A DNA stretch of 32,000 nt from Okeania sp. (lineage in GTDB: Bacteria; Cyanobacteriota; Cyanobacteriia; Cyanobacteriales; Microcoleaceae): contig NZ_JAYKGW010000092.1 of assembly GCF_035285525.1 (NCBI RefSeq), positions 1 through 32,000 on the forward strand. The letters run 5' to 3'. Within the stretch, counting starts at the first letter, position 1. Every line of letters begins with the position of its first letter. A program made the translations under genes and the position numbers. This document shows, in pieces, positions 6,104 through 18,100 of this stretch. Below the pieces are notes generated by a model, which saw only the letters and a program-made list of their open reading frames with translations, had not been told where the DNA came from and did not search any database.

Positions 6104-9100
6104 TTGACAGCTTTATCGGATGCGGTGGTCGAGGGAGACGAAAACGTTAAAATTACTCTACTTTCTGGTACGGACGCTTTTGGTGGAACTTACAACCTTG
6201 CTAATAACCGGGAAGTCTTATCTTTAAACGGTACGACCGATTATGTGGAAATTCCCGATGCCAATGCTATCGATTTCACCAAGGATCAAAACTTTACTGT
6301 TGAGTCTTGGGTGAAAGTCGATCCGAGCCAAAATACCGAAGCTGACATATTTGAAAAATGGAGCGGTCCTGGTGGCTATCCTTATGTGATTCGCTTAGAC
6401 GGAAGCACTGGTAAAATCAATGCTGCTCGCTACGATGGTTCTCGTAATCCTAGTATTGTTTCGACTGCAACTTTGAACGACGCACAATATCATCACATTG
6501 CTTTTGTCAAAGAAGGTTCGGTTCTCAAACTTTACATTGATGGTAAGCTAGACGGAACGACTACAGATACGACGACTGGCAATACCCAAAACAGCTCACC
6601 CCTTTTTGTCGGTCAGCGGGGAGATAATAGTAACCGTTTCAACGGGGAAGTTGACGAACTCCGCATCTGGAATATATCTCGCACTCAAAACGAAATTCGC
6701 CAGAATATGTATGGCTCTCTGACTGGGAATGAAGTCGGTTTGGCCGGTTATTGGAGTTTTGACTCAGGAAGTGTTAATGGTAATACGATTACAGATTTAA
6801 GCTCTAACAACAATAATGGTACTCTGAATTCTTCTAATAACAAAGCTCTGTTAACAACAGGAACGGCACCGCTTAATCTAGATTCATTCGTCAACTACGA
6901 CAATATATATCCTGCTATCAGTAGAGGGTCTGCTACCCTTACATCTTCCACACAAGTAACAGGGCAAGTAAACCACTATATGGAACTAGGAGGTAATGCT
7001 ACCACAGACCTGGCTTTTGCTGGAACAGCTAACTACACGATCGCGGCTTGGGTGAAGCCAGACGGTGAAGGAACCATTGTAGGTAAACATAACAGTGGAG
7101 TAATTGGTTCCCATTTCCTTAGAGTCCAAAATGATGGACGTATTCAGGCTCATCGCGAAGTTTCCCCGTGGGAGTTGGTTTCTGATACTGCTATTCCCTT
7201 CGGTCAGTGGAGTCATGTAGCGACCACTTATGATGGTGCGACGCTAAAAATTTATATTAACGGTCAACTATCAGGTTCTCGGGCTTTTGGTGCTCAAGTT
7301 AGTACCGATACTCAAACTCCCGTAATCGTTGGGGCGCGTCAAAGTAGTGGAAACCCAATTGATATTTTACCAGGCTCTATTGATGAGGTGCAAATATGGA
7401 ATAAGGCTCTATCAGAAACTGAAATTCAAAACGCCCAGGGTCGTTCTATATCAGGAAACGAATCGGGACTTGTGGGATATTGGGATTTTAATGCCAGTGA
7501 TAGTAGTGGAGCTAGCGTTGTTGACTTGAGTGGCAACGGCTATAATGGTACAGTTAAAGCTGAAGTTGCAGACCTAACTTATATAGGACATTACTCAAAT
7601 GGAGGTAGATTATCCTTTAATCTTTCTGGACGCACACTTTCTAGCACACCAAATGTTATTGGTACGCTCACCTCCGTATTAACAGATAACCCAGAACCAA
7701 GTTTTTTCATCCAATCTTCCGATCCATCTGTCTCCTTCTTTGTAGAAGACAGTTCTGCCTATCAAGCAGGTATAGCTTTTAGCGATCGCTTTGGAGACCA
7801 AATAACAGCTAACAACGCCATTGTGGCCGACAGCCAAGGTGAAGCCACCTTCCAAGTCAAACTCACCTCCCAACCCACTAACAACGTAACCATTAATCTC
7901 ACGTCAGGAAGTGGGACTCTCAACAACAATAGCCTGACCTTCACCCCCAATAACTGGGATACTTATAAAACCGTCAACGTCACTGGTTTGGGAGCAACCT
8001 TCAATAACTTCAACGTCAGCGCCAGTGTCACCAGTAATGACAGTAAGTATAGCAGCTTAAGCAACTCTACATTAGGTGTCATCGACTCTACCCCAAGGGA
8101 CACCACTAAAATCAAAGTAACAGAAGGAGCAGTAGAACAAGACATCCCTCCTATAATTGCTACCGTTAGTGCCTCTCAAGACGCCCAGGAAGGACAGCCA
8201 GAACCAGGTCAGTTTACAGTTAATTTGAGCGATATTGCTCCCCAAGGCGGATACGTTGTCCCCTATAAAGTATCCGGCGGTACGGCCACAGAAGGCACTG
8301 ATTACAACGTTACTACCAGTGACAATAATACCAAGCTGGGAAAAAGTCTGAACCTGGACGGACAAAACGATTATCTGGAAATTCCCGATACCAATGCCAT
8401 TGATTTTGCTAAAGACCAAAACTTTACCGTTGAGTCTTGGGTACAAGCCGATCCCAATCAAACACCAGGGGGCAATACCGACCGTGACATCATTGAAAAA
8501 TGGAGTGGCCCCGGTGGCTATCCTTATGTGATTCGCTACGACAGAAATAACGGTAAAATCGTTGCTGCTCGCTGGGATGGTACAAATGGTCCTGCCATTG
8601 TTTCTACGAAAACTCTTAACGATGGACAATATCATCACATTGCTTTTGTCAAAGATGGTTCTGCTCTAAAACTTTATATTGACGGTCAGCTAGAGGGAAC
8701 GACTACAGATACAACCACTGGGAATACCCAAAATAATTCGCCCTTGTTTATTGGTAATCGAGGAGGTGTGGCGAACCATTTCAAAGGGAAAGTTGACGAA
8801 CTCCGCATCTGGAATGTGGCGCGAACCGAAGCCGAAATCCAGGACAGCTTAAATGCTACCTTCACAGGGAACGAAACTGGCTTAGTTGGCTATTGGAACT
8901 TTAATAATGATAGCGGCACAACTGCAACGGATTTAACCAGTAATAATAATGACGGCACATTAAAGAATGGTGCGTCTTTGGTTGACAGCAGTATCGGTTT
9001 GCTAAAAATAGATGCGGGTCAAACCTCAACCAATATTGGTATCGAAGCCATAGATAACCAAATTGCTCAAGGGGATAAAACCGTAACCGTAGCTATAGAA

Positions 9101-12100
9101 AGGAGTAACCCCGCGAGCCAAGCAACCCTAAATATCAAAGATGACGAAAAAGCAGGAATAGAATTTGCCCAACTCAGCAAAACAGCTACTATCGAAGTTC
9201 CCGCTATCAAATTAGAAGTAACCACTGCTTACAATTCTAGCACGGGAGCGATCGGCTTAAAAATCGCCCAAGGCGCTCAAAGCTATACTTTTGCAGCCGA
9301 CACCACCATAACCTTTACTAATGGTGTCGAAATAATTATTCCGGCTGGCACGACTCTGAGTAATAATGCAGCCACAGTCACTGTCGCCCAAAATCTAGGC
9401 AGTATCCCCATTGCCGAAACCAGCACTACGGAAAATCGGCTGTTGGATGTAGGCATTCTCTCCTACAACGAAGATTCTAACGGCAACGTCACCGCCAACG
9501 TCCAAGTACGTTTAACCCAAAGACCAGCGGGAAATATCAGTGTCACCCTTACTGATGCTAACGGTAGCGACAGTGCCATTTTCAACTTCACCAATACTAA
9601 CTGGAATAAATACCAACAAACCAACGCCAGCAACTTCCTACAATTAACCTCTGCCAACAACGCAGTTGCTTTAACCGCCAAAGTTGGCAACGCTAATACC
9701 ATTAACTTGCCTTTATCAGCTAACGTTGTGGCAACTCCATTAGGAAATATCAACACTGGTACTGGCAACCAACTGATAACCACAGAAGGGGAACGAATAG
9801 AATTTACTGCTACCAAAGCCTACGATGCTAACGCGGGTACTGTAGAAATAGAACTATTCAACCGTTCTAGCGATTACACCCTTACTGCGGATCAAGTTAT
9901 CGTCTTCAATAACGGTACTCAGGCACGAGTTACAACAGACACCGCCCTGAAATTAGGTCAGGCAAAAGCAGTTCCTGTAACCCTAACTCAGGGCACAGCT
10001 ATTCCTGTTAACCAAGAAGGTTCGGTAGTATTGCCGTCAGGTGAAACTACGGTGGCAGTGCGGTTGTCGTCACAACCTACTAGTGGCAATGTGGGTTTAG
10101 ATTTAACTATCGACAACAGCAGGGAAGGTAAATTTAAGAGCAACAATACCCAAGCCGAAACCCTCACCTTCACTCAGCAAAACTGGAACCAGTACCAAGA
10201 AGTGACAGTGAAAGGGGAAGACGATCTACTTGTTGATGGTAATATAACTTACAATTTGAACGTCAAAGGTCAAAACGGCAACGCTGACAGCAATTATAAG
10301 GGTACCTTACTACAATCCATATCAATAACTAACGAAGATAACGACAGAACTCCCGATCCAACCCAAACAACTAACAATTTCAACCAACCTCCGATAATTG
10401 CCGATCTGACCGCAGATAAAACCCAGATCGACGAAAATGGCGGTAAAGTTATTGCTACCTTCAAGTTAAACAAACCCGCACCTGTAGGAGGCTTAAACAT
10501 TGAATATGAAGTCATCAGTGAAACTGCATCGACTTCACAAGACTTGCAAACACCTTTTGTGTTTGTAGAGAACAACCCCTTAAGTATGGCGGATCGAATA
10601 CCACCAGCTAATTTGGCATCAACTAATGGCGATTACCTACCGTCAATCGTTCCAGTTTTTGTGGACTGGGATCAGGACGGAGATTTAGATGTTTTTGGAG
10701 GGGAATACGCATTTTTCAAGCCAGCTTACACCGAAGGTATTACTTATTACGAAAACACAGGGGATAAAAACAATCCTGTATTTGTACAACGCACTGGCGC
10801 CCAAAATCCTTTGAGCAGCATTGTTAATATTGATGCTCCTGCTCCCGCATTTATAGATATTGGTAACGATGGAGATTTAGACGTTTTTATTGGCGATGTA
10901 GATGGGCAAATTCACTACTTTGAAAATACGGCTTCTGGATTCGTGAAAAGAACCGGGGCTAATAATCCTTTTAATTCTATAAATGGTGGCGATCCAGCCA
11001 GACGCTTTCCCCTTACTCCTACTTTTGTAGATATAGATGCGGATAAAGATTTAGATTTCTTTGCAGTGTATCGGGATGGAATAGCTCGAGATACAGTTGT
11101 TTTCTTTGAAAATAATGGAGGGAATTTTGTTCAACGCACTGGAGCAGATAATCCCCTAAATGGAAAAGGAAGTATTGATGGTGCCGTAAAATTTGGAGAC
11201 CTAGATAACGATGGCGATTTTGATGCAGTTTTTGATGGTGTCTATGGAACAGTTTACTATCGAAACATAGGAAATGCTATAAATCCAGTTTTTGAAATCA
11301 GTGAGCAACTTTCCCCATTTAGGGGATTGGGTCTCAATATTTTTGGGCGACTGGACTTAGTAGATATTGATAACGATAACCAATTAGAGTTGTTCGTTGG
11401 TTATCGTAACGTGGCGTTTTACGAGCAGTTGTCCTACCAGAACCCGCTTACAGTTAATATACCTGAAGGTAAATCGCAAGCAACTGTCGAGATTAGAGCG
11501 ATGGATGACGCCATCGTAGAAAACAAAGAAAACTTCACCGTTCGACTGATTGACAGAAATGATGAAAGCGATGTCAATGAGACCCTAACTCTCGAAGTAA
11601 CAGAAAACTATCAGGTATACACTCCTCCAGGAAGTCAAAGTTTTTCTAGCAACTCTGTCGGGCTGCAAATTAAACAGTCAAGCACTTTACCGAAAAACCT
11701 GGTAACAACAGATAATCGTTTCAAAATAACCAATGCTTTTGATTCTGTTAACAAAAAAGTAACCTTAGATATCAATAATGCCAGCGGCTCTATTGCAATC
11801 CCAGCAGGAGAAACACTGACATTTAAAAATGGCACCGTTGTAGAAGTGAGTACTGCTACTACTGTGCAAGCAGGAAGCCCTCAAGTAGTGAATGTTGTAC
11901 TCAAAGAAGTTCCTCCTTATAGTATCCCTCTAGGCACTCAACTGACATTCAACGACGGTAGTAAAGTCACTGTCGCCGAAACAATATCAATATCTGCTTT
12001 CAATAGCACATCAGTGCAAGTACAAGCGCAAAGCGACACTGCTCTCCAGCCTAATACAGGAGATACAACTAAACTCAGTCGCAGCAACCAATTGCGAACA

Positions 12101-15100
12101 TTTGTAAATGTAGATGTTACCAGCGCTTATGACGGATCGACCGATAGCAACCTGCAACTGAAGTTAAACGAAAGCCAACTAAATAAATTCACCCTAAAAC
12201 AGGGAACCGAAATAAGTTTCAACAACGGACAAACCATTGTTACTGTTGGCAGTGATACAGAAATAAACCCATCGACAGCCACAGCAGTACCAGTAACTAC
12301 AACCAGTGCAACCAAAACCATAGCTGCCAACCAAAGCACAACAGCCAGCACCCCATTTGAAGCCCAAATAACCATCCTTGACAACGACACTCCTGGAGTT
12401 CGTGTCACCACCGATTTAGCTAGCAAAAACGTCGTTTCTGGCACATTCAACACCACCGAAGCTGGAGGGGAGCAAACGTTCTACTCTCGCCTAGAAAGCG
12501 AACCCCTAGAACCAGTATCAGTGTTTGTGGGTAGTAGCAAGAAAGAGGAAGGATTATTAGATGGCAAAGAAGTCATCGAACTCCAATTTGACAGAACCAA
12601 CTGGAATATTCCCCAAGCATTTACAGTCAAAGGTGTCGATGACCTAATTCAAGACGGCAATGTTGCCTACAACCTGAAAACCACTGTCGAAAGTCGTGGC
12701 GACCTCAACTATCGCGAAGGCGCAATAGATATTGATGTCCTCCAAGGCTTAAATAACGGTAAAGTTCAACTAGAACTAAACGAACTCAACATAGAGAAAG
12801 CTCAACTACCTCAAGGAACTAAGTTAAACTTCAGTAACGGTACTGTAGCCACAGTAGGTCAAACCGTCACCCTAGATAATGACGAAACTAACACTCCAGT
12901 TGATGTCAGTGTCACCATAGAACCAAACACCCTGGGATTTGGTGCCACAAGCAGCAACGGTAGTTGGCAGGTAAGCGAAGCATATAACCACGGCCTCAAA
13001 CAGGTAGAATTAAGAAATACCACTGGCAACCCCATCACCCTCACCAAAAACCAAACCATCAAATTTAACAACGGTGGGGAACTGAGAATAGATGCAGACA
13101 TCACTATCGCCGAAAACAGTCGGGACTTAGCTAAGGCTACATTAACGACAAACCCCAATACGCTCCCACTCCTAGCAGTAGGCACAACTAATAATAACGG
13201 TAACTTTGAAGTAACTACCACCTACAACAACACCCAAAAACAATTAGGATTAAAAAATACCACCGGTACTGCCAAGAATCTCAAAACAGGAGATATTATC
13301 AGCTTTACCGACGGTACATCTTTCATTGTAACTACGGATGTGACGATTGCAGCCAACAGTACGAGTAAGGTATCGGGTGCATTAGAGGTATCTGGACTGA
13401 CAACCTCCTTCATTAAAGACATCTCCCCAGATATCAACCTCAGTAACACCGACAACGATGTCGCCGGCCTAGTTTTAGTAAACGTAGAAGAAATAGCAGC
13501 CAAAGAGGGAGTTTCTAACAACTTCTATAAAGTCGAGCTAAAAACTGAACCCACAGATACTGTCACCGTAGTAATGACGCCCTCCGACGACCAAATCGCC
13601 CTAGAAGGGAAACTTCCCGGAGAACCTTTAACTATTACTTACGATGCCACTAACTGGAATGTTCCCCAAACCATCGGCGTCACCGCAGTAGATGACTTTG
13701 AAGTAGAATTTGACCATACCACAAATATTGCCTTCGACACCTCTAATAGTGCCGACAGTGTTTACGCAGGATTGAACGTTAGCAATGCTGGAGTCAAAGT
13801 CAATATTATTGACAACGATTTACCAACAGCCAGCGTCTTGTCAGTAGCAGGAGCCATAGAAGCAAACGCCCCCGGTTACTTCACCATCAACCTAGATAAA
13901 CCCCTGCCAGACAAATTCGATGACACAGGTTTAAAAATCAACTACACCGTCAGTGGTACTGCGGATACGAATGGAGTCAGTCCTACAGATGACCTGCAAC
14001 CCATAGCTACCGGAAGCGCTCGTATTGCTCCTGGAGAAAGTAGAACGCCATTGATAGCCTTCCCCATAGATGACTTCAAAGCAGAAGGTACTCCTTTAGA
14101 GGTTGTCGGTGCTTACAATGGAACCAGCATCAGCCTGAAAGTCAAAAATGGCGTCAGTTTAGATAATCCAGCTACGAGCGTGGTAGAGAATACAGTCACT
14201 CTGAAGGCAGGAACGAAATTAACCTTTAGTAATGGAGCGATCGGAACAGTTGGCAGTGACGTTACTTTCAACCAAACAGGCAATAAAGCAGTTAATATTA
14301 CCAAAGCTCCGGAAAGTTCCAAAGCCCTAAATACCATTGCTGTTGCGGATACCACTCGCATTGCTTCAGAAACAGTAATCGTTGAAGTTACTGCCGGAAA
14401 TGGCTACCAAGTCAGTAGCGACGAAAATATTGCTACCCTAGAAATAGAGGATAATGATATCCCTGGAGTGCGGGTAGTGGAGGCATCGGAACGAACTACC
14501 GTCACTGAAGGAGAAGCACCAGCCCAATACTTCATCTCCCTCTTGACTGAACCCACTGCTGACGTTACGATTAATATCGCCCCAGTGCAAAAAACTCGAA
14601 ATTTAACTGTTACCAAAGATTTAAGTGGTGGTGTAGTAGAGTTAAAAGTTAACGATCCTAAAGTTAACTCTCTCTTGTTGCCAGTAGGAACAGTCCTCAA
14701 TTTTGGTGGTGGTAAAACAGCAACCGTAGCAGCGGATACTTTCGTAGGTTCAAAGGGGAATAGCGTTAATGTCAACACTGTCTCTGGCAGCATTACCACA
14801 GGGAACACGACCACCTATTCTTACCAAGAACTATCATCTACCAACTCCCTAACATTTAACTCCAACAACTGGTATCAGTTACAGCCAGTTAACGTTACAG
14901 GTTTAGATGACAACGTAGCCGAAGTCGGAAATACCCATGAGGCGACCCTAGAATATACCATCACCAGTGGCGACAGTGACTACAACAATCTCAAGGTTCC
15001 AGCTCAGATTATTGATATTAAAGATCGTCCTTTCGATCCCAATACCACCGCTAGCAGTCTCACCCAAGGATTACTAACATTCCAAGAGAGTCTCGACACC

Positions 15101-18100
15101 CTCAGTCTGCCTCTGATAGGAACACTAGAAGGTACAGCTCCTCCCTTTATCCGCAACGTTATTACTGACGTAGTAGCAGAAGTGCGGGCGATGGAGTTCG
15201 TGACTGGAGAAAAACTAGCCAAAGCCTTCACTAACTCATTTAACAACAACATCAACAATGGTGGAGCAGTAACCGTAGAAATCACCGATCTATCGAGCAG
15301 CAATATTAGCTTTAAAGTTAACGCGACAGACAAGTTCAATAACACACCCATATCTCTCGCCAGCGATTTAGGATTGCCTGCATTAGGCATTGGTATGGAA
15401 ACAAATGGTAACCTCAATGCCAACTTTGACTACAACTTCGACTTCGCTTTCGGACTCAATGACACCGACGGTTTCTATATAGATACCGCCAATACTAACC
15501 TCAATGCCAATGCCGCAGTTAAATTAAGCGACAACTTCAATGCTAAAGGTAGCTTAGGCTTTTTGCAACTGGATATGACTAACGGTATCAATGTTGCTCA
15601 AGGAGACACCAAAGGAACGGAAGTCAATGCTACTTTCGATATTGGCTTAAAAGACGCCAACAACAAACTAACCGTAACCGAATTGAAAAACTTGCGTAAA
15701 CAAGGAAAGCTATCGAGCATTCTTGATTATGGTTTCGCTGGGGATGCAGCTTTAGACGTGGATGTAGTTACCTCAGTCAAAGGCAGCACAGCATTACCAT
15801 CTTACAGTTTCAATCTCTTTAGTGACTTACCGCTGTTCAACTATACCAATGCAGCTCAACAACCACCTCAACCCACAACCGTATCCATTGCCGGATCGAC
15901 TAATGTCAGCATTGAAGAAAAAACGGCTAAGTCAATTAACATCAGCATTGCCGACAACGGTAACAATAAGCCTAACGAAAATATCCGACTGCCAAAAGGC
16001 ACTCAGTTAGTCTTCACCTGGGGTAACAATAATCAAGAGACAGCCATCATAGATAAAACTGTCACCATCGCTGAAGGTAGCATCGGTGCAGCCTTAGTTA
16101 AACTGAAAAGTGATAACGTCAAAGACAACAATAAAACAGTAACCATTAATAGTAATGCTAGTGCCAAGTTAGAAGCAGGTGCATTTAATATCGCTTTCAA
16201 TAACATGACCTTAGACTTTGGTAGCTTTGTTACCGGAGTAGTCAGCCCCGTAGTCGATTTCCTTGCCAACGTTGTCGAACCCATTACCCCTGTAGTCAAT
16301 GCCCTCAACGAGCCAATAGGTTTCTTCAACGACGTCGGTTTAACATCAGAATTTGACCAAAACGGCGACGGACAAGCAAATATTATCGAAGTCGCAGGCA
16401 CTATTATCGAAAAACTGCCTTCTCGTGGTGGTAAAGCCAAAATTGATTACATCCAATTCTTCGATGCCATTGTCGGCGTCACTGAGTTAGTCGGAGCAGT
16501 GAAAGACTTGCAAAGTAGCCTCGGAGCTGGAAACAACTTTGCTATCGACTTTGGCAGCTATACCCTACAAAACTTCCAAGGTGCTTCTCCCACCACCAGC
16601 GCTGCTGATGTCAACCCCCAAACCCAAGGCAGCAGTCAACTCAACTCTAATACCAGAAACCAAAGCCAAAATAAAGGTTTGGGCAAACAAAGCCTTTCTC
16701 AAAAGGTTGATAAAATGTTTGGCGCCTTAGACAAACTCGGTATTAGCATCCCCGTCTTGGAAGACCCCTTCACTGCTATCAACCTCTTCCTGGGCAACGA
16801 CATCGACTTGATTACCTACGATATGCCAGCCTTGGATATCCAATACGAAATTAATAACAAGTTCACAATTCTAAATTTACCGCCAGTAGATGGATTAATT
16901 CAAGGTGAATTTTCCGTGTTTTCAGATTTAGTCTTCGGTTTGGATACAGTAGGTTTCAGCGCTTGGGAGAAAACAGGATTCGACCCAGCTCAAAGCTATC
17001 TAGTCTTAGACGGTTTATACCTCAGTGATGTAGACCCCAATACGGGTGTAGATGTGGATGAGCTTTCCGTCGATGCTACAATGGCAATAGGAGCCAAACT
17101 GAATGCGGTAGTTGCTTCGGCTACAGTTCTCGGTGGCATCACGGGTGAAGTTGGTTTGGATGTGGTAGATATCGGGGAATACACCGGACAAAGCGATGGT
17201 AAGATTCGGGGTTCCGAAGTGTTCTCACGGATTAGTAATCCTTTGAGTCTGTTCGAGTTAGCAGGTTCCATTGAAGCATTCTTCCGGGCTATTGTGAAAG
17301 TCGGAGTAGATTTAGGTTTCTTTGAAATCACCAAGACAGTTTACGATAAAGAATTGGCTCGCGTTCCCATCTTTGAGTTTGCTCTGGGAGGTGCCCCAGG
17401 TGGTGGCGGTAGTACAGGTGGCGGTAGCGGTAGCAATGCCGGTACTGCTGCTAGCGGTTATATTGAGGGAGGGACAGTATTTCTGGATACTAACTTTAAT
17501 TTAGCACCAGATCCCCTAGAACCGAAGACAACTACGGACGAGTTAGGAAACTATAATCTGGAGTTTGAACTGGCATTATTTGATGCCAATGAAAATGGCA
17601 AAATAGATGATGATGAAGGTCAAATTGTGGTAGTTGGTGGTACAGATGTAACTACTGGTTTGCCTCTAGCTATTTCTCTGGTTGGTAATGCCACAACTGG
17701 CAGTGTGGTGACACCTATTACTACCATTAAAAATGGTTTGGAACAACTAGGTTTAGATGTGAAAACTGCCAACAAAATCCTCAGTAAAACTTTGGGATTA
17801 GATTCAGACTTAGACGATTTCGATGCTTATGAAGCGCAAGGAGAAGACTTGACGGTAGGAGTAAATACAGCTCTATCTCATATCTTGCTGCACAGTTTAA
17901 CAATTAACGGTGCTGCCTTCTTAAAAGGCGCTGGTTTTGATGGCAATGCTGCCGAATCTGCGAAAATTTTAACCGATGCAATTGTTAAAAAATTAAGCAC
18001 GGAAGATGAGGTGGAATTAGAAGAAAAAGCTGATATTGAAGCTATTTTCAATTCTGCTCTTCAGGAGATAGGAATAGATTCTGTCGATCCCACAACTGTG

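Noticed and set aside
5256-8905. Whether the near-identical LamG cassettes are a diversity-generating retroelement template/variable-region pair
   Set aside because: The differences between copies involve all base types rather than being confined to adenines of one copy. The cassettes are ~550 bp, far longer than typical TR/VR, and no reverse transcriptase gene is present in the window.
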